DNA from: Parcubacteria group bacterium
Lineage (GTDB): Bacteria > Patescibacteriota > Minisyncoccia > Phycocordibacterales > UBA2135
Direction: 5' to 3'
NCBI GenBank assembly: GCA_016204005.1
Contig: JACQLS010000021.1
Location: 1 to 39,910, forward strand
Length of the DNA: 39,910 nucleotides
Each line of letters opens with the position of its first letter. The stretch's first letter is position 1. The notes beneath the pieces are model-generated. The model searched no databases and was not told the DNA's origin. It saw nothing but the letters and a program-made list of their open reading frames with translations. Shown here in pieces: positions 9,905 through 19,147 of the stretch. A program made the position numbers and the translations under genes.

Positions 9905-11116
9905 CTATGCCCTCTTCACTTTCGTGAATATTTCCCTTTCCATACGACCCGCAATATTCCCCCAGTCATAGGTATCTTTAACAAAAGTAAATGCATTCTG
10001 AACTAATACCTCGCGGAGCGTTTTCTCTTCCATGAGACGCTTTACTTGGCGTGCAATACCTTGGGGATCGCGGATATCTACCGCCAGCCCTGTGGGATTT
10101 TTGCCAGGATTTTTCTCAGGATCAAAGAGAAAATCGGTAATACCCCCTACATGCGTGGCAATAACCGGGAGACCCACGGCCATTGCCTCAATGAAGGAGT
10201 TTCCCATGCCTTCCGAAAGCGACGGGCGGATAAAGATGTCTGAAATTGAAAGATAGAGAGGCATGCGACCGTGATCGATATGGCCGAGGAACTTAACACG
10301 TTCGTAGACGCGGGATTCTCGTGCTAGCGCTCTTAGCTTCGCCTCATCGGGGCCAGTGCCGAGAATGAGGAAGTGCACATTGTTAGGAAGCAACGCGAGT
10401 GCGCGAATGACATCATCTGATGCGTTCTTGGGAACCATGCGTGACGTTGTGATGAGATACGTATCGCCCTCTTTTTTGCCGAGCTCCCCCTTGAGACGCG
10501 CAAGTTCCTGCTCTCCGTGTTTTTTAGTAAAGTGCGCCATGTCCACTCCGTTGGGAACGACAAAAACAGGAGCTTGTGTGTTCATGGATTTAGCAAATTG
10601 TGCAAGATAGTGAGAAATCGTCTGCACCACAGACGCCTCCGTAAAGATGCGTTTAAAAAGCGGGTAGACAATGCGAATGCGAGCCCTGCCGCGAATATGT
10701 TCGATCGGATCCCCATCCTGAAGCGTCAAAACGTAGGGAACCTTCTTCCAGAAAAGACGGAATAGGACAACAGGGAAGCCCATGTATGTCATCATCGCCC
10801 AAAACCCATCGTAGTGATTTTCCCTGTACAGCGAGATTGCTTTTTTAAGCGCGAGAACGGGATAGAGGACCTTGAGAAAATAAAGAGGAAACCGGACAAG
10901 CTCTTCTGGAGAAGGATTCTTTTTCGCAAAACCTACTCGATACACCCGCACGTTTCCAATTTTTTCTTCCTTAGGGAGTGTTGAATCAAGCCGAAGCGTT
11001 ATCATGTCGAAATCAAAATCCGCCGGCGATAACCGGTCGGTAATTTCTTTGACAGCAACCTCTGCCCCGCCGACGAAACGCGGGTAATAGGTAAGAGAAA
11101 AGATGAGCAACCGCAT
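9905..11116 (-). CDS. Glycosyltransferase family 4
   Basis: Track ORF 9905..11362 trimmed to ATG 11116 (MRLLIFSLTYYPRFVGGAEV), which removes the overlap with the upstream GT2. ISDIFIRPSLSEGMGNSFIEAMAVGLPVIATHVGG. Confidence 0.85.
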   Translation of the reverse strand: MRLLIFSLTYYPRFVGGAEVAVKEITDRLSPADFDFDMITLRLDSTLPKEEKIGNVRVYRVGFAKKNPSPEELVRFPLYFLKVLYPVLALKKAISLYRENHYDGFWAMMTYMGFPVVLFRLFWKKVPYVLTLQDGDPIEHIRGRARIRIVYPLFKRIFTEASVVQTISHYLAQFAKSMNTQAPVFVVPNGVDMAHFTKKHGEQELARLKGELGKKEGDTYLITTSRMVPKNASDDVIRALALLPNNVHFLILGTGPDEAKLRALARESRVYERVKFLGHIDHGRMPLYLSISDIFIRPSLSEGMGNSFIEAMAVGLPVIATHVGGITDFLFDPEKNPGKNPTGLAVDIRDPQGIARQVKRLMEEKTLREVLVQNAFTFVKDTYDWGNIAGRMEREIFTKVKRA

Positions 11117-11144
11117 TGCCGTATGATAACACGCCCACAAAACC

Positions 11145-11915
11145 TTAAGTAACCCTCGTTTGGATGCCTTTGGGGGAGGTAAAAATTCCGAGACGTATCC
11201 CAGCCCGGGCAAGCATATACAATAAAAGAGTGTATGACGTTTGGAAAATTTCAATAACGCCCTTCCAAAGCGCCATTGAAGTGTGCTCTCCGTGATAATT
11301 TGCCCGCGTAGGGACAAAACAAAAAGAAAGGCCGAAATAACGGGCAAGTACAATAATTTCAAAACTAAAGAAGTAATCGTCCGATCCTTTTGTGAAATCT
11401 ATTGATGTTACAAGACGCCTGCTGTAGGCGCGCAAGCCAGTGAAAAAGTCGCGATGCCGAATGCCTAAAACAATCCGCGCCATGAAAGAAAGGGTTAGGT
11501 TACCGCAAAATCGAATGATGCCCATGCCGTCCTTGAGTGGCTCGAAGAGATTTATAAATCTGTTGCCGAGAACAAAATCGCACCCTCCCCTTAGCTTTTC
11601 GATTGCCGAAGGAACCGCTTTGGAATCAAACTGCCCATCTCCGTGCAACTCCACCATATAATCGGCGCCCATCTCAACCGCCTTGGCGAGAGCGAACTTT
11701 AGATTGCCTCCATACCCGCGATGAGGATTTGTGAACGCGGGCACTCCAAGTCCTTTGGCCACTTCATACGTTCCGTCCGTCGAACCATCATCGGCAATAA
11801 TAACCGTGTCAAACAAGTGGAGAGGAAACTTCCTAAATGCGTCGGGTAATAGATGCGCGCAGTTATACGCCAGAATGATACCGAATACCTTGCCTTTTTC
11901 TTTATTTTGGGACAT
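11145..11915 (-). CDS. Glycosyltransferase family 2, polyprenol-phosphate sugar synthase-like (GtrB/Ppm1-like)
   Basis: FGIILAYNCAHLL...IIADDGSTDGT (GT-A DxD region), with a hydrophobic C-terminal segment. Confidence 0.75.
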   Translation of the reverse strand: MSQNKEKGKVFGIILAYNCAHLLPDAFRKFPLHLFDTVIIADDGSTDGTYEVAKGLGVPAFTNPHRGYGGNLKFALAKAVEMGADYMVELHGDGQFDSKAVPSAIEKLRGGCDFVLGNRFINLFEPLKDGMGIIRFCGNLTLSFMARIVLGIRHRDFFTGLRAYSRRLVTSIDFTKGSDDYFFSFEIIVLARYFGLSFCFVPTRANYHGEHTSMALWKGVIEIFQTSYTLLLYMLARAGIRLGIFTSPKGIQTRVT

Positions 11916-12009
11916 ATGATATCGTTCTATGATAGCACAGAATGCATTTTACCCAGCAGAAACGCGGGAGTTTAACCGCGTGGTATGCTCTCTAGTTAAG
12001 AACATCCTT

Positions 12010-13536
12010 ATGTGCAGTATTAGCGGCATTGTACACGGAAAAGGGGTGGAGAGAATGATGCAACAGCAAAAACACCGTGCTCCTGACCAGGAGGGCGTCT
12101 TTAAGGATGCGCACATTGCCTTGGGTATGGGGCGGCTCAAGATAATTGATCTGGAATCTCCGGGGCTTTGCCCATACCAAGAGGGCGAGTTTGTGCTCTC
12201 TTACAATGGAGAAATCTACAACTATGTTGAGCTGCGAAAAGAGCTCGAGAACCTCGGGTGGAAGTTCCGCACAAACTCTGACACGGAAGTTCTTTTGAAA
12301 TCTTGGCGGGAATGGGGTGTCCGTGCGTTTGATAAATGGAACGGCATGTTCGCGTTCGCGATCTATAACAAGAAGGAGGGAACAGTTACCCTGGCAAGAG
12401 ACATCGCCGGTGAAAAGCCGCTCTATTATTACGCATGCGGCGATGTCTTTGCTTTCGCATCAGAGGCAAAAGCCTTCGTAGGTGTTGTCCCTCTGGAGCT
12501 TCAGGAAAACCGCTTCTTTGAGGCATTCCAGCACGTACATGGCGATACGCTTTGGAAAAACGTTAAAGAGGTTCCCGCGGCGCATTACCTCACCTACGAT
12601 ATAAAAGATGCTAGCTTCGAAATACGAGCGTATTGGGATCTTGCTCTGCGCGACATCAACCCCGAAACAGCCGTAGAGGAACTCGAGTCACTGCTCGAAG
12701 ACGCCGTAACCATTCGCACCCGGAGCGATGTTCCTTATGGGCTATATTACTCTGGTGGCATTGACTCGGCGCTTATTTCAACTTTTCATGATTTTAAGCA
12801 TCAATTTTATTTCGACAACACACTCGAATGGAGAGATGATTTCTTTGCACATATTGAGTCTGTCGGCTACCACCTCGACTTTCCCGTAGGGTCGCTCTCT
12901 TCGTACCCTTTGTGGAAATTAGCAGAGTGGGCATCAGAAAAGGTAAAAGTGATCGTTTCCGGCGAAGGAGCTGATGAAGTTTTTGGCGGGTATGTGCGCT
13001 ATCTCCCCATTGCGCAAGAGTGGGAATTGCGCACGCGCTACCCATCATACAACGCGTATCTGTTTGCGAAATACTTTCGGCATTTTTCATACCTCGATGC
13101 CTTTGCGACCATTACTGCGCGGAATGACGATGTGGAGTTTGTGCGAGAAACACTCCGTCCGTACTTTGAGCGCTTCAAGGACCCCATCACTGCTATGGGA
13201 TATGCCGACTTTAAACTTATCTTGCCGAGCCTGCTTCAAATGGGAGACAGGCAAGCGGGTGCCTTTGGGCTCGAAAATCGTTGCCCCTTCCTTGATCGAC
13301 GCATTATCGAATTTGGATTTAGTCTGCCACCAGAACTCAAAATCAAAGGCATGGAACAAAAGGTCATTCTTCGAAGAATCCTTGAGAAGCGCGGGCTCTT
13401 AGGGCCACTCAACGTAGAGAAAAGAGGATTGACAATCACCTTTAATCAGTGGTTCGACAAGAAAGACTGGGACAGAAGCATGTATTTTGATCTCCTCAAA
13501 AAGAACTGGCACAAACGCTTTAATGCTAATCTATAA
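12010..13536 (+). CDS. Asparagine synthase-like glutamine amidotransferase (AsnB family)
   Basis: Trimmed to ATG 12010 so the protein starts MCSISGI (Cys2 nucleophile). PP-loop YYSGGIDSALIS. Confidence 0.8.
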   Translation: MCSISGIVHGKGVERMMQQQKHRAPDQEGVFKDAHIALGMGRLKIIDLESPGLCPYQEGEFVLSYNGEIYNYVELRKELENLGWKFRTNSDTEVLLKSWREWGVRAFDKWNGMFAFAIYNKKEGTVTLARDIAGEKPLYYYACGDVFAFASEAKAFVGVVPLELQENRFFEAFQHVHGDTLWKNVKEVPAAHYLTYDIKDASFEIRAYWDLALRDINPETAVEELESLLEDAVTIRTRSDVPYGLYYSGGIDSALISTFHDFKHQFYFDNTLEWRDDFFAHIESVGYHLDFPVGSLSSYPLWKLAEWASEKVKVIVSGEGADEVFGGYVRYLPIAQEWELRTRYPSYNAYLFAKYFRHFSYLDAFATITARNDDVEFVRETLRPYFERFKDPITAMGYADFKLILPSLLQMGDRQAGAFGLENRCPFLDRRIIEFGFSLPPELKIKGMEQKVILRRILEKRGLLGPLNVEKRGLTITFNQWFDKKDWDRSMYFDLLKKNWHKRFNANL

Positions 13537-13605
13537 CGATAAAGTGGGAGATAGGGAATAAAGAAAAATGACATTGTTTTTCTCTTTGTGAATTTCTGGA
13601 TGAAT

Positions 13606-13634
13606 TTGACAAAACGAATTTTGCATTGTATTTT
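13606..13634 (+). promoter_or_regulatory. Sigma70-like promoter TTGACA-17-TATTTT upstream of the DUF218 gene
   Basis: Hexamers read directly at 13606-13611 and 13629-13634. Confidence 0.5.
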
Positions 13635-13663
13635 AGCCAGTAGACACGCTCCTGGTAAAAGCG

Positions 13664-14308
13664 GTGCAGCAAACCGAACAAGAACTACTACTGCTCTTGG
13701 CACAGGTTATGTCGGACCGGGCACCAACTACGTGTGATGCCGCGTACCTTGTAGCACAAACCGTTGACAATATGAGTTCACCACTTGAGAAAGGGGTTGA
13801 GCTTTTCCATCGTGATTGTGTGCAAAGATTGGCCATCCAGTACGGAGGAGACACGGGTGTATACTGTGGTTTTGAACATTGTGTAGAAAAACTGCGAACC
13901 CTTGGCTTTCTTGCCCCCGAAGAATCCATTGTGCCCATACCAATCAACCGAGCCATCTTCCCGAAGTTAAACACCCTGACAGAGATGATTCTCACCATAC
14001 GCAAAGCGAAGGAGCTCGGGTGGAAAAAACTTGTGATCGTCGCCCCGGCATTTCACCAGCTACGTTCATTTATTACAGCCGTAACAGTAGCCATTCGAGA
14101 ATATCCAGAACTCTCGCTCTACAATTGTCCCGGCACTCCACTCCCCTGGCACGAACACGTCGTTCATTCGCAAGGAATTGTGCGGGGGTTCCGCACAAAC
14201 ATTTTTAGAGGTGAAATCGAAAGAATCGCCGCGTATCAAGCAGTTGGAACGCCCTACCCCCTACTCCCCAACAAAGCCGTTCTTGAATATCTAGAAAAAA
14301 GAGATTAG
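13664..14308 (+). CDS. DUF218 / YdcF-ElyC-like protein
   Basis: KKLVIVAPAFHQLRSFITA resembles the DUF218 core (TS..H..R). GTG start at 13664; ATG 13709 is an alternative. Promoter-like element at 13606-13634. Confidence 0.5.
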   Translation: MQQTEQELLLLLAQVMSDRAPTTCDAAYLVAQTVDNMSSPLEKGVELFHRDCVQRLAIQYGGDTGVYCGFEHCVEKLRTLGFLAPEESIVPIPINRAIFPKLNTLTEMILTIRKAKELGWKKLVIVAPAFHQLRSFITAVTVAIREYPELSLYNCPGTPLPWHEHVVHSQGIVRGFRTNIFRGEIERIAAYQAVGTPYPLLPNKAVLEYLEKRD

Positions 14309-14355
14309 TGGACAAAGCCGCACAGAGACAAAAAATTCCTGTGCGGTTTTTTAGT

Positions 14356-14384
14356 TTGCAAGAAGCAAGTAGCTTTGTTACTAT
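14356..14384 (+). promoter_or_regulatory. Promoter TTGCAA-17-(TGt)TACTAT; ATG 8 nt downstream (near-leaderless)
   Basis: Hexamers at 14356-14361 and 14379-14384. ATG at 14393. Confidence 0.55.
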
Positions 14385-14392
14385 CTTTCAAT

Positions 14393-15298
14393 ATGCGCGT
14401 CTTGGTCACTGGAGTTTCTGGGTTTATCGGACCCCATCTCGTCGAAGCGTGTCTCAAAAAAGGATGGGATGTTTTGGGCGTCGACATTCGCGATTTTAAT
14501 TATGCGGCAATCGAGTGCGACTTTCACACTCCGCGATTTGTATTTGAGAAACGCGACGTGCGAACCCTTACTCCGGAAGACCTTAAGGACATCACGTACA
14601 TCTTCCACCTTGCCTTTGACACGAACATACCAAACTCGATTAAGCACCCCCTCGAGACAACACGAGACAATATTGACATGACGGTGCATCTTTTAGATGC
14701 CGCGACCAAAGCTGGGGTGAAAAAATTCTTATTCCCCTCTACGGCGTCCCTCTATGGCAAGAACAAAACCCCGTGGAGAGAAGACATGCCGCCCTACCCG
14801 ATTGAGCCGTATGCCTGGCAAAAAGGATCCTGCGAATACGCCCTTTCCATGTGGACAGAGTGTTACGGATTGCCCACAGCGACCCTAAGACTATTCCAAG
14901 TATTTGGAGAAAACTTTCGTTATGACGGAGTCATCGCAATCTTTACTAAACTCAAGAAAGAAGGGAGGCCTGCTACCCTCACGGAGACATCGCCCGGATC
15001 TCCGCATCGCTCGGGCCAGCGAGACTTCATTTATGTGAAAGAGGTGGCGGATGCATTTATCCAAGTTGCCCTCTCACCAAAAACAGGCAAGGGTGATGTG
15101 TATAATATAGGTACTGGCAGAGTAACCACGATTGAAGAGATCGCGAACGCCATGGGCTTACCGTTTGAGTTTGTTCCAAAACGCGGGTTTGAGGTGGAAC
15201 GTCACGAAGCGGATATCACCAAGACAAAATCAGTCATTGATTGGAATCCGAAGGTAGAAGTTCTTCCGTGGCTTACAGCATTTGTTAAGACATTATAA
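14393..15298 (+). CDS. NAD-dependent epimerase/dehydratase (SDR)
   Basis: MRVLVTGVSGFIGPHLV and a Y-x3-K motif (YAWQK). Start set at ATG 14393, 8 nt after a TACTAT -10. Confidence 0.8.
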   Translation: MRVLVTGVSGFIGPHLVEACLKKGWDVLGVDIRDFNYAAIECDFHTPRFVFEKRDVRTLTPEDLKDITYIFHLAFDTNIPNSIKHPLETTRDNIDMTVHLLDAATKAGVKKFLFPSTASLYGKNKTPWREDMPPYPIEPYAWQKGSCEYALSMWTECYGLPTATLRLFQVFGENFRYDGVIAIFTKLKKEGRPATLTETSPGSPHRSGQRDFIYVKEVADAFIQVALSPKTGKGDVYNIGTGRVTTIEEIANAMGLPFEFVPKRGFEVERHEADITKTKSVIDWNPKVEVLPWLTAFVKTL

Positions 15299-15317
15299 AG
15301 GTTAAGCATTATCACGT

Positions 15318-16559
15318 ATGGGTATCAAAACAATAAAAAATAAAACTTGCCGAATGTGTGACGGGACGCAATTCGATGTCGTCATTGACTTACAAGAGCA
15401 CCCCCTTGTGAACAGTTTGATTCGTAAGGCGGATTTGAATAAAAAAGAGCCGATGTTCCCGCTTGTAGTGAAGCGGTGCCGAAAGTGCTCACTCGTGCAA
15501 TTGGTTGAAATCATTGACTCGGAAGAAATCTACCGCAACGTGGATTATTTGTTTTTCTCTTCGGACATGCCAACGCTTTCCGACTATTTTAAGGGGTTTG
15601 CAAATGACATCCAAAAAAGATTCATCAAAAGCAAAAACGACCTCGTCGTAGAGATCGGCAGTAACGACGGCGTCATGCTAAACCACTTCAAAAATAAAGC
15701 CCGAATTCTCGGTGTTGACCCGTCAACAAACGTGGTGCTTCGAGCAGTGAAGCGCGGAATCCCAACTATGTCGGAGTTTTTCACGGGCCGCCTTGGAGGG
15801 CTTATCGCGAAAGAGTGGGGTACCGCAAAAGTTGTCATGGGCAGCAACTGCATCGCTCACCTGAATAACTTGCGCGACCTTCTAGAGGGGGTCAGAGCGC
15901 TTTTGGCTCCCGACGGTGTCTTTATTGTTGAAGCAAACTACTGGGGCGGAATGGTCAAAAATACGAACTACTCACTCATCTACCACGACCACTTTTCATA
16001 CTTTTCACTCAAAGTATGGCAAGATTTTGCCAAAAAGTATGGCCTTCGGGTTTTTGATGCGGTCGTAACACCAGCACAAGGAGGATCACTCCGCATCTTT
16101 ATGGATCGCCGAAAGCGACCTGTCACAAAGCGGCTGAAGGCACTTGAAGCGACGGAGAAAAAGACCAAATTGAATACTCTGGAGACCGGACACCGCTACA
16201 GGGACAATGTGTGGAACGTCGCCAAAAAACTACGGAAGACTTTGGAAGACCTTAAAAAAGGTGGAGCAAAGCTCGCCGGCTACGGCGCTGCCGCAAAAGG
16301 GTTCACTATTTTACGCTGTTCAGGAATTGACGGAAAATTCCTCGACTATTTTGTGGATGATTCTCCCGCAAAACAAGGCTGGTACACGCCGATAGATCAC
16401 ATTCCCATTATCTCGCGCAAGGAAGCAGAGAAAAGACTTCCGGACTATTTTGTCATCTTGGCACCCAACTACGCCAAAGTAATTGTTGAGAAGGAAAAGA
16501 AGTTCCACAAAGCGGGAGGCCGCTTCGTCGTCCCCATTGGCAACATTGATATCCTCTAG
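15318..16559 (+). CDS. NDP-sugar C-methyltransferase-type SAM methyltransferase
   Basis: N-terminal Zn-ribbon CRMCDGTQFDVVIDLQEHPLVNS, SAM motif VVEIGSNDG, and the long C-terminal domain typical of sugar C-methyltransferases. Paralog of 21192..22373. Confidence 0.7.
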   Translation: MGIKTIKNKTCRMCDGTQFDVVIDLQEHPLVNSLIRKADLNKKEPMFPLVVKRCRKCSLVQLVEIIDSEEIYRNVDYLFFSSDMPTLSDYFKGFANDIQKRFIKSKNDLVVEIGSNDGVMLNHFKNKARILGVDPSTNVVLRAVKRGIPTMSEFFTGRLGGLIAKEWGTAKVVMGSNCIAHLNNLRDLLEGVRALLAPDGVFIVEANYWGGMVKNTNYSLIYHDHFSYFSLKVWQDFAKKYGLRVFDAVVTPAQGGSLRIFMDRRKRPVTKRLKALEATEKKTKLNTLETGHRYRDNVWNVAKKLRKTLEDLKKGGAKLAGYGAAAKGFTILRCSGIDGKFLDYFVDDSPAKQGWYTPIDHIPIISRKEAEKRLPDYFVILAPNYAKVIVEKEKKFHKAGGRFVVPIGNIDIL

Positions 16560-16579
16560 AGGAACACTTTAAGAACTAC

Positions 16580-18031
16580 CTAGTAACGTTTAGTGTAAAT
16601 ACTAAACCCCTCAAGGGCACCAAAGAGCGCGTAGCGCTCCTCTAAAACGCGTCTTCCTTCGTCTATAAAAAGATTAGACGGATACGACACCACGACATCC
16701 GGCGGAGTGTCAGCAAGAAGCGGGTTTTTTCCTATTGGCGAGAGGCCATCTAAATGTATCGGAAGAAAAGTTCGTGACGGATCTGTAAACAACCCGGGTA
16801 TTGGGGCGTTCAAAAGCCCTATAGTACTTTGAGGAAAGTGCTCGTTTAAGTAGGATCCGACACGAAACGCGCTGTCTCCAGAAGAAATGCCTGAGGCGGT
16901 AAATAAGTGAACTCCCTGCATAAGAACAAGAGCGCCAACGACTAGCGACGTTGCGATTTTGAGAGGAATCTTTTCCGCCCTGTACCACTGTAAAATCAGT
17001 GGGGCGACCGTGCGAATGGCATGGGGAAGTACGAATAGAATCAAAAGCTCGGCAATGAGTATGTAGCGGAGATACCCCGGACTTCTCAAATAGTAAACAA
17101 AAGCAAAAATACTATATACCGTGACAAACGCATAGAGAAACGAGAGTCCCTCTCCCCTCTTTTCTCTTGCGATGAGTACCCATGCGAACGCGACGAGCGC
17201 AAAGAGGCCGGCAAAATAGATAAGCGTGGTTGAATTGAAAAAGCCACCAAGATTGTTCAAAATATTTTGGGTAATATCTCCGCTGTACGGATTTTTGTAA
17301 AACAACAGTATCTCCCGCCATGTAGTGAGATCGAAGGGATTCGGAATGACGAGAAAAACCCAGACAATAGCAGCCGGGATCATACCCGAAGCTATTGTAA
17401 ACAGCTGTTTTGCAAGCTCCTTGAACGAAAGCCGTTCAAAAATCAACGAGAAAAAGATGGTCGGGATGATGAGAGCAAACACTGCCGGTTTCGTAACCAC
17501 AGCAAGCCCCAACAAAAGCCCCGAAAGAAGGGGTCGTTTTTGAATAAGGAGAAAATAAAACCCGGCGAGAAGCAGGACAAATCCTGGAATCTCCCCCACC
17601 ACAGCCCGCCCGCTTGCGTAGAACGAGGCGAACGTTGCCACCAAAAGCACCGCGTAGATAGCTTCTTGTTTTGAAAACAGCTTTCGCGCAAGAAAGAAAA
17701 CCCCCGCAAGAGCGACGAGAAGCCAGAGGAGCATATAGGTACGAGCTTCTTCAACGCCGAAGCCGAAAACTTTAAAGGCGGCCGCGAGGGGCACGGTCAC
17801 GGGGTATCCTGTTGATTGGATGAGGTGTGGTGCCTCGAAAAAGATACCTGGAGCGGTTTGGAGAGACAACACTCCGTTGGTTTCGAAACTGCGCGCGATG
17901 TGTATGCTTATCGCCTCGTCCGTCCATAACTTTGGTGTTGTGGTGAGTGTCAGAAGTGAACCAATCAAGATACACAACGCGACGCAAATGAATATAACCG
18001 TATCCCAGTGGCGCATCATACACGTCATCAT
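16580..18031 (-). CDS. GT-C membrane glycosyltransferase (GT39 / ArnT-PMT-like)
   Basis: 483 aa and polytopic. The first loop, LWTDEAISIHIARSF, resembles the DE motif of ArnT/PMT_2 enzymes. Confidence 0.7.
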   Translation of the reverse strand: MMTCMMRHWDTVIFICVALCILIGSLLTLTTTPKLWTDEAISIHIARSFETNGVLSLQTAPGIFFEAPHLIQSTGYPVTVPLAAAFKVFGFGVEEARTYMLLWLLVALAGVFFLARKLFSKQEAIYAVLLVATFASFYASGRAVVGEIPGFVLLLAGFYFLLIQKRPLLSGLLLGLAVVTKPAVFALIIPTIFFSLIFERLSFKELAKQLFTIASGMIPAAIVWVFLVIPNPFDLTTWREILLFYKNPYSGDITQNILNNLGGFFNSTTLIYFAGLFALVAFAWVLIAREKRGEGLSFLYAFVTVYSIFAFVYYLRSPGYLRYILIAELLILFVLPHAIRTVAPLILQWYRAEKIPLKIATSLVVGALVLMQGVHLFTASGISSGDSAFRVGSYLNEHFPQSTIGLLNAPIPGLFTDPSRTFLPIHLDGLSPIGKNPLLADTPPDVVVSYPSNLFIDEGRRVLEERYALFGALEGFSIYTKRY

Positions 18032-18060
18032 AGCATAAAGACCACCCCCTTCTCGTCAAC

Positions 18061-18084
18061 GAAAAAGCCGCAGAGACTGCGGCT
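18061..18084 (-). terminator. Intrinsic terminator of the Nudix-like gene
   Basis: AGCCGCAG-AGA-CTGCGGCT, followed on the minus strand by TTTTT. Confidence 0.7.
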
Positions 18085-18091
18085 GTGACTA

Positions 18092-18853
18092 CTATATTGC
18101 CCGTGGCCATTGTTCGGGATGATGCGCGAGATGAATGAAAAGCGCGGAAAGAGAGGTGGAAACACCAGTGTAAGCACCGGTGTCGCTTTTCCCAGATCGG
18201 ACCATCGCTAAAAGCCTACCAACTTCAATGAAGTAAACACCGTTAATGGGTTCTTCTGGGTCCGGGATCGGCTTCTCGAGCTTACGAAGATTGACCTGGA
18301 CCGCTACGACTGCGCCCCACGTTGGAGTAAAGGACGGCGACGGATTGTGACCCACGGGATAGACCTCGACACCAACAACTGCTGACTCCGAAGCACCGCC
18401 TTCTTCACTCGCCTCACGGGTCGCGGCCTGTTCTGGCGTCTCAAATTTGCCCGTAGCCGCCTTCTCGCTGAACCCCATAATGACGTGGAGGAACGGCACC
18501 GGTTTGTGCCCATCAACGTTGTATGCTTCAGCTCCAGGCATGTCTGCATGAGGACGTACTTGCTCGACCATGCCAAAATAATAACGGCCGTCAGCGCCAA
18601 GTCCCCATGTAACCGTCTGAACAAAAGGTGCTTCACGATAGAGCGGACGGTCAAAAGACGGTTTGCCATCTGGCCCCACGACAACCGCTGATCTAACTTC
18701 ACCAAACTTAGACGTAAGGGCAAAATCAGTTCCCTTGGGAAGCTGCTTGCCATCAACCGTGAGTTGCCAACGATTTGGGTCGTTGATGAACTTCTCCCAC
18801 TCAGCCGGCGAGACACACGCGCGTGCAAGTGCGTAGCTTTTGACTGCACTCAC
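18092..18853 (-). CDS. Nudix-hydrolase-like protein with an uncharacterised N-terminal extension
   Basis: ETPEQAATREASEEGG closely resembles the Nudix box E-x7-RE-x2-EE-xG (compare MutT ETPEQAVVRELQEEVG). GTG start preceded by GGAG (18861-18864). Higher GC than flanks, with its own promoter and terminator. Confidence 0.6.
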   Translation of the reverse strand: MSAVKSYALARACVSPAEWEKFINDPNRWQLTVDGKQLPKGTDFALTSKFGEVRSAVVVGPDGKPSFDRPLYREAPFVQTVTWGLGADGRYYFGMVEQVRPHADMPGAEAYNVDGHKPVPFLHVIMGFSEKAATGKFETPEQAATREASEEGGASESAVVGVEVYPVGHNPSPSFTPTWGAVVAVQVNLRKLEKPIPDPEEPINGVYFIEVGRLLAMVRSGKSDTGAYTGVSTSLSALFIHLAHHPEQWPRAI

Positions 18854-18910
18854 CAGATATCTCCGTGGAATCTTCCTTTCTTTCTGAAGAATGATGACTT
18901 TTCAGCAACA

Positions 18911-18949
18911 TGTCAAATTGACAAAAGCTGTCACATGTTGTGACAGCTT
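18911..18949 (-). promoter_or_regulatory. Palindrome cluster: TGTCAAATTGACA (contains the -35 TTGACA of the Nudix-like gene) plus a perfect 11-bp inverted repeat AAGCTGTCACA-TGT-TGTGACAGCTT (terminator of the upstream operon and/or operator)
   Basis: Read directly. On the minus strand the 11-bp hairpin is followed by TTTTGTCAATTT. Confidence 0.55.
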
Positions 18950-19147
18950 GGGTATCTTTACCCTACGTATGCTTCTTCGGGGGTATATTCCAACTCAAAC
19001 AAGAAAGCTTGCTTACATCGTCTCCCAATGCAATAAGGGCACTCAGGCACGCAAGATAAATCGCTTCTTTGAGGTCCATGACACGTCTTTTCCTTTCTGG
19101 AAGAAGAATACAGATAAAAAGACTTCTGTCAAAGCAAAGTCCTCACC

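Noticed and set aside
18966-19079. 38-aa minus-strand ORF (MDLKEAIYLACLSALIALGDDVSKLSCLSWNIPPKKHT) between the oxidoreductase and the Nudix-like gene
   Set aside because: It is very short with no clear SD or promoter and nothing to support it beyond an ATG. The plus-strand ORF 18891..19151 is equally unconvincing.
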